Of a stretch of 64,000 nt of DNA, positions 18,692 to 27,810 are shown one piece after another. This stretch comes from a virus. Each line of letters starts with the position of its first letter. The stretch's first letter is position 1. A program made the translations under genes and the position numbers. The stretch spans positions 1 through 64,000 of the IMG/VR virus record IMGVR_UViG_3300033143_004671; one strand, given 5' to 3'. A model generated the notes under the pieces. It ran no database searches. It was given only the letters and a program-made list of their open reading frames with translations, and was not told the DNA's origin.

Positions 18692-19165
18692 GGAAGGCGG
18701 ACGATCATCCCTTGTCACCCTGACGCCGCATGCCGCCTTCCTTTAAGTTGAACGTGGATGGACCAATCGCATAGTGTCACCCTTATAATGACTGTCCATC
18801 CATTTGATAATTGAATAGTAGTGTGGACCAGGTCATGTTTGTCACCCATACAGTCAGTGTCCACACTACAAACTAAAATGGATGTGGGCCATAGTAAGGT
18901 TGTCACCCTATGTACTCATGCCCACATCCACGAAACTCAAAGTGTGGACCATATATCGTCTGTCACCCTTTAGAAGATTGTCCCCACTACAAACTAGGAT
19001 GGACCAAACACCTTTTGTCACCCTTACGCGGCGTGTCCATCCCATAAACCAAAAGAGGAAGGCCGAACCTGTTGTGTCACCCAGAGAAACGTTGCCTTCC
19101 TCACAAAACCAATGCGAAGCGGGCCACGACCCGACTGTCACCCATTGCTGGCTTGCCCGCTTCGC
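18692..19165 (+). ncRNA. TIGR-type stem-loop dual-spacer guide-RNA array, 8 units
   Basis: Each unit is stem + CCA (CCG or ACG in two units) + 9-nt spacer A + TGTCACCC(T/A) + 9-nt spacer B + TG + complementary stem, with a period of about 56-63 nt. Confidence 0.88.
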
Positions 19166-19186
19166 CTGACATTGAAAGGAAGAGCG

Positions 19187-20083
19187 ATGAAACAGGAAAG
19201 AGACCAATCCACCCCCGACACCCAAGACCCCGACATCTCAATCCACCTCATTCAGGACCGCTACCGCCACCGAGTAGCGGCACAGGATGCGAGAAAGAGA
19301 ATCGACAGCCAAACAGGGGCCATGGTTCGCAGATACCTTGGCTACCAAAACGATCTTCCTGAAAAAGAGACCAAAAGGATCGCCGAGGTAGCCTCGGAAA
19401 CGATTAAGGCCATCCAAAAGGGAACCGAAGTACCCGAGGCAGGACAAGTCATTCTCGATTCGCCTGCTTGCGTCATGTTCATCCTCGCGGCAAAGGAATC
19501 GAGGCTGCCCTATATCAATCACGAAAGGCAATGTGAGAAGGAGATGGTCTCCATGGCTAAGAAGCTCCCCGTATATAAATGGGTTGAGTCGGTCAAGGGA
19601 CTGGGTGCGGTTGGGCTGGCCGTTCTCGTTGGTGAGTGTGGTGATCTGTCGAAGTATGCCAATCCTGCAAAGCTGTGGAAGCGCCTCGGATTGGCCGTCA
19701 TGGATGGACGCAGGCAGGGCGACCCTGGGAGCAACGCGACGGCCGAGGATTGGATCGAGCATGGGTACTGTAAACGTAGGCGGTCAGCGTGCTGGACGAT
19801 TCGAGAGCCTCTACTCAAGAATGATAATGAGTACAGGACATTATTGCTCACCAGGAAGCAATTCGAGTATGATAAGGCGACCAAGATTGGATTAGTGGTC
19901 GCAACGACAAGTAAAAAGACGGCCGACAATTGGGAAAAGGTTGGCTTGCCCAGACCGGAAGTCGTGAAAAAGGTCGATACGGAAATCCACCGTTCAGTAG
20001 GGCACATCCACAATCTCGCTGCTCGGTATGTTGAAAAGAGAATGATTCGGGATCTGTGGCGTGCCTGGAGAGATGTAGCGTAA
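19187..20083 (+). CDS. Nop-domain / IS110-related RNA-binding protein without nuclease domain (TasA-type)
   Basis: Coiled coil, then WVESVKGLG...LAVLVGECGDLSKY.NPAKLWKRLGL and H.HN.AARY.EK..IRDLW. No DEDD RuvC or HNH motif. Starts 21 nt after the array. Confidence 0.85.
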   Translation: MKQERDQSTPDTQDPDISIHLIQDRYRHRVAAQDARKRIDSQTGAMVRRYLGYQNDLPEKETKRIAEVASETIKAIQKGTEVPEAGQVILDSPACVMFILAAKESRLPYINHERQCEKEMVSMAKKLPVYKWVESVKGLGAVGLAVLVGECGDLSKYANPAKLWKRLGLAVMDGRRQGDPGSNATAEDWIEHGYCKRRRSACWTIREPLLKNDNEYRTLLLTRKQFEYDKATKIGLVVATTSKKTADNWEKVGLPRPEVVKKVDTEIHRSVGHIHNLAARYVEKRMIRDLWRAWRDVA

Positions 20084-20096
20084 GGACGATTGAATA

Positions 20097-20303
20097 ATGC
20101 AAGAAAAACACATGAAAGAAAACCTCTATCAAGCCTCGCTGTGCATAGGTAGAATAGAAGTAGCTCTGAACGATGACAATCATGGGATAGACCCAAGTCG
20201 GGCGGCGGAGATCAGGGACCTGCTTGTCGAGGTAAGAGAGCCTTTGACAAAGGCGATACGTCTACTAGATGACGTTGTGAAGATTGGATGGGATGGAGAT
20301 TGA
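20097..20303 (+). CDS. Hypothetical protein
   Basis: 68-aa ORF filling the gap in the operon. Confidence 0.5.
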   Translation: MQEKHMKENLYQASLCIGRIEVALNDDNHGIDPSRAAEIRDLLVEVREPLTKAIRLLDDVVKIGWDGD

Positions 20304-20304
20304 G

Positions 20305-21378
20305 ATGATCCAGTCAATCCAGATAAAGAACTTCCAGTCTCACAAGGACACGAGGATCGACCTAGCCGACGGCATGACGATCCTTGTCGGCACGTCCGAC
20401 TCCGGCAAGACCTCCATACTGAGGGCTATCAACTGGGTAGTCAATAACAGGCCACGAGGTAGGGCATTCGTCAGGCATGGCTCGGATGGTGAATGCAATG
20501 TGGTCATCAGGACTGACGACCGCGATGTCCACCGATTCCAAAAGAGCAGCAAGGGAGAGTACCGCGTGGACGGTGAAGTGTTCACCGCTCTCGCGGGTAA
20601 CGTGCCACCACAAGTACAAGAAGCCCTACCCTTGCTCGATCTCAACGTGTCGTCCCAACTTCAATCACACTATCTCGTCCTCGACAGTCCAGGCAAGATT
20701 GCCAAGGCGATCAACGACGTGGTTCACTTGGAGGAAGCCGAGGAGATGATCGACACTTTGGCCTCCCGTATCAGGAAAGCCAAAGCAAAGATCGAAACAA
20801 ACGAGGATCGACAGGATGCTCTAGAATCGTCCCTAAGGGCATTCGAGGGGTTAGGTGTATATCGACACGTCTTGAAGGACGTTTGTACGTTAGAAACGAT
20901 CCTCGTACGTTCCAGGGACGATCTGACACGTCTCGATAGGATACTCGACGATCTCCACGGGATCGCCGAGCAAGACGTAGTCATTCCGGAGGGTATAGAG
21001 GCATTGCTAGACGAGATCGGACAACAGCAAGAAGAGGTCGTAGCAATGAAGGATAATCTTGATTGGCTGTCCAACCTCGTCGAGGACATTAGAAAAGCCG
21101 AAAAAGAGGTTCCCGACACAATAGAGGCCGAGAGGTTAGCCAGTGAGATTGAAGCGTTGAGAGAAGGGACAAACGGGTCACAAAAGACATGGCGAATGCT
21201 GCGAGGTATCACGAACCAGATAGAGGATCTGAACGAGAGCATTGCCTCCCTCACCAACGAAACTAGACGTGAGAGACGAGTGTATAATGATTTGTTGAAC
21301 GAGTTGGAAACCTGCCCGACCTGCGGACAGGAAATAGACGATGAACAGAAAGAACTCGTGCTGGAGAACATGAGATGA
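20305..21378 (+). CDS. SbcC/Rad50-like ATPase, N-terminal half
   Basis: IKNFQSH, GTSDSGKTS Walker A, coiled coil, CPTCGQ zinc hook. No Walker B. Confidence 0.85.
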   Translation: MIQSIQIKNFQSHKDTRIDLADGMTILVGTSDSGKTSILRAINWVVNNRPRGRAFVRHGSDGECNVVIRTDDRDVHRFQKSSKGEYRVDGEVFTALAGNVPPQVQEALPLLDLNVSSQLQSHYLVLDSPGKIAKAINDVVHLEEAEEMIDTLASRIRKAKAKIETNEDRQDALESSLRAFEGLGVYRHVLKDVCTLETILVRSRDDLTRLDRILDDLHGIAEQDVVIPEGIEALLDEIGQQQEEVVAMKDNLDWLSNLVEDIRKAEKEVPDTIEAERLASEIEALREGTNGSQKTWRMLRGITNQIEDLNESIASLTNETRRERRVYNDLLNELETCPTCGQEIDDEQKELVLENMR

Positions 21379-21632
21379 GTGAAACGAACTCTCTTGGAAT
21401 GAGACCACAGCCCAATCCATCCTCTAGTGACCACCCAGCTATCTGGGATATGGTGATAGCGGATATGAAGGCGAGGGATCTGAAGGGATTGGAATCTTAC
21501 GGCACGAGACTGAAGGCATTTAATGGACGGGATGCTCTCGTGGACGCCTATCAGGAAATGTTGGATGCCGCTGTGTATCTTCGGCAGGCCATATATGAAA
21601 GGGATAATAATGAAAATCCTGATAGTAGGTGA
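21375..21632 (+). CDS. Small all-alpha nucleotide-pyrophosphatase-like phage protein
   Basis: R..KG..SYGT.L...NGRDAL.DAYQE.LDAAVY motif. Confidence 0.55.
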   Translation: MSETNSLGMRPQPNPSSSDHPAIWDMVIADMKARDLKGLESYGTRLKAFNGRDALVDAYQEMLDAAVYLRQAIYERDNNENPDSR

Positions 21633-22509
21633 CCTGCATTTGAGAGTTCGCTGTCCCCGCAAAAGGACGGACGAGAACTTCATGCACACCTGCCTCGACA
21701 AGCTTCATCAGATCCTCGACATCGCCGTGGAGTTCGGATGCGACTTTATCGTCCAAGCGGGAGACTTCTTCGATTCTCCCGATCCATCCAAAGAACTGAT
21801 AGCCGAAGTCATCGAGCACCTCAGGACATCCTCGTGTCCCGTTTTCGTAATCCACGGTCAACACGACCTCGCCTTCCATAATAAAAATGCATCCCGTAGA
21901 TCGGCTCTCCGTATACTAGAGGCTGCCAGATGCCTTACATCACTCAACACCATCCCTGAAGGATATGGGAATACTAACCTATATGGAGCCTCATTCGGAC
22001 AGACTCCCACTCCACCAAAAAACACAGATGTCTACAATATCCTAGTCGCTCATACGATGGTGGGTAACAGGCCTCTATGGCCGGGCCACGACCTGACAGG
22101 TCCGAAGGCGTACATGAGGAAGTACCCGTGGTTCGATCTATATGTCGTAGGTGATTATCACTACCCATTCGAGGAAACATGCAAGGATAAGGTAATGATA
22201 AACGCTGGGGCCGTCCTGCGTCTGACCTCAGATAAGCGGGACAGGACGAGGCACCCTAAGGTAGTTGTCTATGATACTAAGACAAACGAGGCAGAGGACA
22301 TCCATCTGAAAGTATTGCCGTGGGAGACGGTGTTCGACCTAACAGAAGAGGAAACAGACAAACCACAGTTCGATGAACTGATAGACAGGCTGAGGAAGCA
22401 AGGTGAGATCGGTGTCTCCTTCGCCGAGAATCTGGCATCGTACCTCGAAGGGCGGGACGTGGAAGAAGCAGTACGAGATTTGCTGTGGGAATGCCTAGAG
22501 ACGAAATGA
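21610..22509 (+). CDS. SbcD/Mre11-like metallophosphoesterase nuclease
   Basis: GDLH, AGDFFD, GQHD, VAH, GDYH, NAG. Confidence 0.9.
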   Translation: MKILIVGDLHLRVRCPRKRTDENFMHTCLDKLHQILDIAVEFGCDFIVQAGDFFDSPDPSKELIAEVIEHLRTSSCPVFVIHGQHDLAFHNKNASRRSALRILEAARCLTSLNTIPEGYGNTNLYGASFGQTPTPPKNTDVYNILVAHTMVGNRPLWPGHDLTGPKAYMRKYPWFDLYVVGDYHYPFEETCKDKVMINAGAVLRLTSDKRDRTRHPKVVVYDTKTNEAEDIHLKVLPWETVFDLTEEETDKPQFDELIDRLRKQGEIGVSFAENLASYLEGRDVEEAVRDLLWECLETK

Positions 22510-22682
22510 AAAGTACTCCAGTAGAAATCGAAGGGACCACGTCGAGAACGACCCAGGAGATTCGATTGAATCTTCGTGGGGGAGGCCCTCAAGGTATGGA
22601 GGTCATTTTTACCTGTACGAAAGGCAAAACTGAGATTATGATATGGAACCCATACTTGAAGAAATGGCGCAGTATAGAATAG
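22506..22682 (+). CDS. Hypothetical protein
   Basis: ATGA overlap with the SbcD stop. Confidence 0.45.
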   Translation: MKSTPVEIEGTTSRTTQEIRLNLRGGGPQGMEVIFTCTKGKTEIMIWNPYLKKWRSIE

Positions 22683-22691
22683 GACATTCAG

Positions 22692-22955
22692 ATGGAATCT
22701 ATCGCGGACAAAATCAAAAAGGCCCGACGGACGCTCGACGAGAAGAAGGCGAAGAAGGCCGAACTAAAAGGCCGCAGGAAGGCCCTGATGGAGGAACTTT
22801 TCAAGCACCACAAACTCAGGTCCATCTCGGCTGCCGAAGCGAGAATAGATGAGCTTGAGAGGCAGATAGAGGAGGGCCAGGAGGAGCTAGACGAGAAGAT
22901 GAAAAGCCTGGACGAGATGATGGAAGAAATGGAGAAGAATAAAAATGGCAGATGA
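22692..22955 (+). CDS. Coiled-coil protein, possibly a separated SbcC arm segment
   Basis: Heptad-rich 87 aa with AGGA RBS. Confidence 0.65.
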   Translation: MESIADKIKKARRTLDEKKAKKAELKGRRKALMEELFKHHKLRSISAAEARIDELERQIEEGQEELDEKMKSLDEMMEEMEKNKNGR

Positions 22956-23160
22956 AGCAGCGATCAGATTCCACAGTACCGATGGATCGGATACGCTGGA
23001 GTGCCAACGATGCCACAAAAAGGAGCATGTTGACCTGGTTTGGTATTGTGTAAACCACGGGGTGTTCTGTTGGAATTGTGCATTGATTCTCCTATCGCGG
23101 CTCAAGGCAAAGACGACAGGGGACCAGGGAACATCGGATGAAAACGATACAGGAATATGA
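22945..23160 (+). CDS. Small zinc-finger protein
   Basis: CQRC...C..H...CWNC. Confidence 0.5.
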   Translation: MADEAAIRFHSTDGSDTLECQRCHKKEHVDLVWYCVNHGVFCWNCALILLSRLKAKTTGDQGTSDENDTGI

Positions 23161-23749
23161 AGACTATCTAACAAGGCAGGAAGCCCGAGAGGAACTTCTG
23201 CAGGACGAACTCGACCGGTTGGCATCCAACTTGGTGGGTATCAGAAAAGACAAGGCAGATCTCGAGAAGGCAAGGGACATCGCCAATACCGTTCTGCTTC
23301 TCACGCAGGAACAGGTCAAGGCGTACGTGGACGAGATAGTGACACTGGCCCTGTCCTCCGTCTATCCTGGCTACTCGTTTGAGTTAGAATATACGATCAA
23401 GCGAAACCAATCCGAAGCTACCCCATGGATCATAAAAGACGGTGACAGGTTCTCACCTCGGGAGGAAGTCGGGGGAGGCGTGCTAGACATAGCCTCACTA
23501 GGGATGAGGCTGGCGATGTGGAGTCTGATGGAGCCCAAACCTGCCCCCATCTTCATACTCGACGAGCCTGCCAAGTTTGTCAGTCGAGATCGACAGGCCG
23601 ATTTTGGCTCGATGCTCCACGAGATCAGCAAGATGCTAGGTGTGCAGATCATTATGGTTTCACACTCGACAGATATAATAGAACAAGCGGACATGGCGTA
23701 TGAAGTCATACAGAATAAAGGTGTATCGAAAGTGACAAAGGTAGAGTAG
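23138..23749 (+). CDS. SbcC/Rad50-like ATPase, C-terminal half
   Basis: Coiled coil, VGGG signature, FILDEP Walker B, IMVSH H-loop. Confidence 0.85.
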   Translation: MKTIQEYEDYLTRQEAREELLQDELDRLASNLVGIRKDKADLEKARDIANTVLLLTQEQVKAYVDEIVTLALSSVYPGYSFELEYTIKRNQSEATPWIIKDGDRFSPREEVGGGVLDIASLGMRLAMWSLMEPKPAPIFILDEPAKFVSRDRQADFGSMLHEISKMLGVQIIMVSHSTDIIEQADMAYEVIQNKGVSKVTKVE

Positions 23750-23759
23750 AAAGGAAACA

Positions 23760-24107
23760 ATGATGACCGACGAGATGAGTCCTAAACCAAAAAGAACGAG
23801 ACGAAAGATCAAACCAGAGATTCGACTGTACCGTAAGATACAAAAGGCTATGGACGGTGACACTGCCGTTGCATTGAAGGGCGTGCTGAAGGCCCTTATA
23901 GGTCTGAGTAAGGCCAAAGGAACAGTTGTTGCAATCCATACCTTAGTTGGATGCACAACGGGCAACCACGCACCTCACGTGGACCTACTTACCAAGTACG
24001 ATAGCCGATTGATCTTGACAACTAGAACCCGAAAGGCAATCGCTAACCTCCAGAGGAGTAAACAATGGCCGACAGTAATGGAAGTTCTCAAGAAGTCGTT
24101 GGGGTAG
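23760..24107 (+). CDS. Hypothetical protein
   Basis: 115 aa with GAAAGGA RBS. Confidence 0.6.
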   Translation: MMTDEMSPKPKRTRRKIKPEIRLYRKIQKAMDGDTAVALKGVLKALIGLSKAKGTVVAIHTLVGCTTGNHAPHVDLLTKYDSRLILTTRTRKAIANLQRSKQWPTVMEVLKKSLG

Positions 24108-25021
24108 AGGAAGAGACCGTCTCGCCGACGTACGACAGGAAAAACAGGAAGGTACTACTAGCCGGACCCTATATTGGTGAGTTCGGTTGGGAGGTATTCT
24201 CCTGGCAGCCTCTCGTCCGTTCTGTCCTCCTCACCTCCCAAATGAAGGGCGAAGTGGATCACTGTATCGTCTACACGGGCCCAGGACGAGATAGGCTATA
24301 TCCATGGGCGGAGGTCAGGACGTTCCCAGCCCCCGACTATGAGTCCGAATGCCTCGCCTGGCACGAGATGAACGAGGAAAAGAACAGTGAACTCAAAAGC
24401 CTGATCGATACTATGATCGGAGAGGTAAAAGAGGAAGGATGGGGCGACATCAAAACACTCACTCAAGCTCAGTTACCTTCTCTCGGCCACGAGTTCTTCG
24501 AGCGTGGTATGCCCGATCTTCTTCTCCCCGAAGGTCCGACTGATTGGAATAAGTTCGATTTAAAGGACCCAATTGACCCTGGACGGAAGACCGTAGCTCT
24601 CTGCGTCCGCGACCGTGCTATGAGCGATTGGCGTAACCTGGAATACGAGGACTGGTATGACCTGGCAGAACTACTCGACAAAGAGTTCAATGTCATAATG
24701 CTAGGCATTATCAATCGCCCCGATGATTGGCAGATGCCAGAAGGTGTAATCGACCTGACTAACAAGACGACGGTCAATGACCTGATCGACATCTTCCCGA
24801 TCTGCGATCTCGTGGCGGGTGGCAGCACGGGGACGCTCCACCTTGCCTCCCGTTGTGCCAGACCTCATCTAGTATGGGCCGGTGAGAAGGAGGTTAGAAG
24901 GTACGCCGAGGCAAACTGGTTCGGGGCACCTCATAAGGTCTACGTCGAAGGGTGGCAGCCTGATATATATACCGTCCACATAGCAATCCAACACTACCTG
25001 AAACAGGGAGAATGGATATGA
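24065..25021 (+). CDS. GT-B glycosyltransferase (GT9/heptosyltransferase-like)
   Basis: GEFGWE; R.....RN...W..L; IDLTNKT...LID....DLV.GGSTG.LHLA. Confidence 0.65.
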   Translation: MADSNGSSQEVVGVEEETVSPTYDRKNRKVLLAGPYIGEFGWEVFSWQPLVRSVLLTSQMKGEVDHCIVYTGPGRDRLYPWAEVRTFPAPDYESECLAWHEMNEEKNSELKSLIDTMIGEVKEEGWGDIKTLTQAQLPSLGHEFFERGMPDLLLPEGPTDWNKFDLKDPIDPGRKTVALCVRDRAMSDWRNLEYEDWYDLAELLDKEFNVIMLGIINRPDDWQMPEGVIDLTNKTTVNDLIDIFPICDLVAGGSTGTLHLASRCARPHLVWAGEKEVRRYAEANWFGAPHKVYVEGWQPDIYTVHIAIQHYLKQGEWI

Positions 25022-25218
25022 GTGATGGAGAAAAAACCTATACCATTAAGGTCACCTGTACTAATTGTGGCGAGGGCGGAGAAGGCCTCGTAAGGCCCTA
25101 CGAGGTGAGTGTTCCTATAGGAACACGTGCCAAGCATTTCTTACCTCACCACACCTGCCGAACTTGCGGGTGACATACACTCGTAGCAATCATAGCAAAA
25201 GGAACTCAGCAAAGATGA
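25018..25218 (+). pseudogene. Zinc-ribbon ORF with an in-frame TGA at 25171
   Basis: CTNCG...CRTCG*HTLVA. The frame stays open to a stop overlapping the next ATG at 25215. Confidence 0.45.
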
Positions 25219-25946
25219 ATAAAGGACAAGTACTAATCACATTCGACGACTGCACAAGCGACCAACAGGAAGCCGCCTATGCCATGACGGAGAGAGGGCT
25301 AACAGGCACGTTTGGTGCGGTAACGGATAGGATCGACACACCAGGATTTATCACTCTAGTCCGGCTCAAAGAATTATCCGACAGTCATTTCATCTGCAAC
25401 CATTCCCGAAACCACATTTGGTCGGGAGGAGGTCAAGAGAAGGAAGGACTGAAAGAGCACGGCAAGGACGAGTTGACCAGTGACTACCATGATGGCAGGG
25501 AGTGTCTGAATGCCTGGGGAATGCATGGCGACTACCTCATGGCTCCCTTTGGCACGGCAAACGTCCTGGGTGAGGAACACCTTGCCGAATTGATCGAGGA
25601 GTTCAAATGGATCCAGTTGACCTTTGGTGCCCCACTACCGGAGGAACTGGAACTGTGGACACCTACGGGAGGAAAGCGCCTCTATCCCCACGGTTATCCC
25701 GGTAGGGTCATTGGCATCTCTGCGGCGGCGGACATGAGGCACCCTGGCGATGTTAAGGAGAAGGTGGAGAACACAGTCAAGCTAGGTTGCCTATGCGTCC
25801 TGCTTTATCACAGGGTCGGGCACGTCGTAGGCAATGCAATGAACCTGACGTGGGAGCGATTCATCGAAGACATGGACATGATCTCTGGGTATGTAACTGA
25901 AGGCGGACTGGAATGTGTGACACCCGACATGCTAATAGGTGAATGA
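25215..25946 (+). CDS. Polysaccharide deacetylase (NodB/CE4)
   Basis: ITFDD, NHS.NH, APFG, LLYH. Confidence 0.8.
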   Translation: MNKGQVLITFDDCTSDQQEAAYAMTERGLTGTFGAVTDRIDTPGFITLVRLKELSDSHFICNHSRNHIWSGGGQEKEGLKEHGKDELTSDYHDGRECLNAWGMHGDYLMAPFGTANVLGEEHLAELIEEFKWIQLTFGAPLPEELELWTPTGGKRLYPHGYPGRVIGISAAADMRHPGDVKEKVENTVKLGCLCVLLYHRVGHVVGNAMNLTWERFIEDMDMISGYVTEGGLECVTPDMLIGE

Positions 25947-26812
25947 TGAAGTACAAGGAAGGATATGGCGTTGGCATTCCCACGTTGGGCAGGGATAAAA
26001 TCCTACTACGAACAGTCGAGGCGTTCCTCAGACAGACGAGGCCACCCGGGCATATCATAATCATAGATAATAATCCAGGCGATCATGCCATGGTGATTGA
26101 TGCGAAAAGCAGCACAAGCCAGACGGAGGTCCTCTGTACGAAAGGCAAGGGCAAGAAAAGCGATGCCTCGGGCAGTCAACAGGCATTGGGTCTCCTTTCC
26201 ATGCTCGGTTACAGAACGGCCGTTAAGTGGGATGACGATCTTATTCCCGAACTCGACTGTATGGAGCACCTCGTCTGTTGTGTCGGTAAGTACGGCTGTG
26301 TTGCCAGAGGCGGACTGTATCCGAGGACAGGTGAGACTAGAGCCACGACGATAAGACCGGTAGACGGCGTGTTCGTGGATGCTGGGGGGAGGCAAATCAC
26401 CTATCCAGGTTACTACATGGAGGCCGTTGTGCCCGATGGTACTCCCTCTCATATCCAATTCTTTCATTGGGATTCTGTTCATGGTCATTGGACACTGAAT
26501 ACACCGGCCCTCTATTCGTCCTTCGCCTACTCGATTCCCGACGCACTACTTCTAGGTGGATTCTGTACCTCGTATAGTAGTCATTCATACAGGCATGAAA
26601 CAGACTTCACTTTGCGTCTGGCCAAAGTCGGACAACTTAGGATAGACACGAAAGCCAAAGCCGAGCATCTACTCGCTCCAGGGGGCCTACGGACAATCGA
26701 TGAAAAAGAAGCACGGCGGATGAGAGAACACGACCAGGAACTCTTCGAGAGACGTATGGAGTCCTTTGGTATTAGTCCGACCGACTGGCGAGAGGGAGTG
26801 AGGCTACAATGA
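25943..26812 (+). CDS. Glycosyltransferase family 2
   Basis: VGIPTLGR, IIIIDNN, WDDD (DxD), ETDF.LRL. Confidence 0.8.
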   Translation: MMKYKEGYGVGIPTLGRDKILLRTVEAFLRQTRPPGHIIIIDNNPGDHAMVIDAKSSTSQTEVLCTKGKGKKSDASGSQQALGLLSMLGYRTAVKWDDDLIPELDCMEHLVCCVGKYGCVARGGLYPRTGETRATTIRPVDGVFVDAGGRQITYPGYYMEAVVPDGTPSHIQFFHWDSVHGHWTLNTPALYSSFAYSIPDALLLGGFCTSYSSHSYRHETDFTLRLAKVGQLRIDTKAKAEHLLAPGGLRTIDEKEARRMREHDQELFERRMESFGISPTDWREGVRLQ

Positions 26813-27810
26813 AAATCGCCGTATGCACGACACCTCAGAATCCCGTACCTCCTGTTAAGTATGGTGGGGCGGAAAAACGTGCCGACATCATCGTCCGTAA
26901 GATGATGGGGCGGGGACATATAGTCCATTTGTACTGTGGTCCTGGATCGACTTGTCCTGCGGACTGGAAGTTTGAAGCGACCTCTACCAAGATGTCGGCA
27001 CAGCGAGAATATATCCCTCCCATCTTAGATATTGGGTACGATGCAATACTCGACATGACTTCCTACCACATTATGTCATGGCCGAAGGGAGCGGAGAAAG
27101 ACATAAGACCAGTCGCCCTAATGGCTGGTGATCCGCACAAGAAGTATCCCCATGATACTATCAGGAATCGAGTGTATGTCTCAAAAGAGTTTGCAGCGTT
27201 CAACGGTTGTCCAAACCATCCAATCGTACACAACATTATCCACGAATGCCCTGAGAGCGTTGCTTATGAGTATGGGGAACCACCAGAGCGGTATGCATTC
27301 TATCTCGGAATCATCCGACCAGAAAAGGGACTGCATATTGCAGCGAAGGCGTGCAGAAAGCTAGGACTGAAGTTCAAGGTGGGGGGGCCCATACTAGATG
27401 AAACCTACTGGGCCGGAATCGAGCCGTTGGATGGTGTCGAATATCTCGGGCTTATCGACAACGATTCCGAGGAGAAGTGGAAATTGTTCGGGCAGGCCTC
27501 CGTGTTTCTGTACCCCGCGCTATGGTGTGATGCCGGCCCTCTCGCACCGATGGAGTCATTACTGGCCGGTACACCTGTAGTAGGTTTTGCTAATGGTGGG
27601 ATATGTTCCGACGTTCAAGATGACATCAACGGGTGGCTTCGGCCAAAAAACATGGCACTGGATTATATCTCTATGATCCGTCACACACTGGAGCTAGACC
27701 TGCATCCAGGACGAGTACAAAAGTCCATACTTAAGGCCATCGACCCCGACAAATGTGTGACCAAATTGCTCAAGCTACTCAAACGAGCGGCATCAGGGGA
27801 GGAGTGGTAA
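26809..27810 (+). CDS. Glycosyltransferase family 4
   Basis: VPP.KYGGAE, G.I.PEKG, ESL.AGTPVV. Confidence 0.88.
   Translation: MKIAVCTTPQNPVPPVKYGGAEKRADIIVRKMMGRGHIVHLYCGPGSTCPADWKFEATSTKMSAQREYIPPILDIGYDAILDMTSYHIMSWPKGAEKDIRPVALMAGDPHKKYPHDTIRNRVYVSKEFAAFNGCPNHPIVHNIIHECPESVAYEYGEPPERYAFYLGIIRPEKGLHIAAKACRKLGLKFKVGGPILDETYWAGIEPLDGVEYLGLIDNDSEEKWKLFGQASVFLYPALWCDAGPLAPMESLLAGTPVVGFANGGICSDVQDDINGWLRPKNMALDYISMIRHTLELDLHPGRVQKSILKAIDPDKCVTKLLKLLKRAASGEEW

Noticed and set aside
18692-19165. CRISPR array
   Set aside because: The constant part is only 8-9 nt, the variable parts are paired 9-mers inside stems, and no cas genes are present.
18715-19362. Short ORFs overlapping the array
   Set aside because: No RBS or protein motifs. 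The periodic VTL/SP residues simply reflect the TGTCACCC repeat.
19187-20083. IS110 transposase / insertion sequence
   Set aside because: No N-terminal DEDD domain, no catalytic SG motif and no IS ends. The upstream region is a multi-unit guide array.
20724-21701. Long antisense ORFs (also 19519-20196, 669-1319, 61773-62573)
   Set aside because: Shadows of well-supported genes on the opposite strand.
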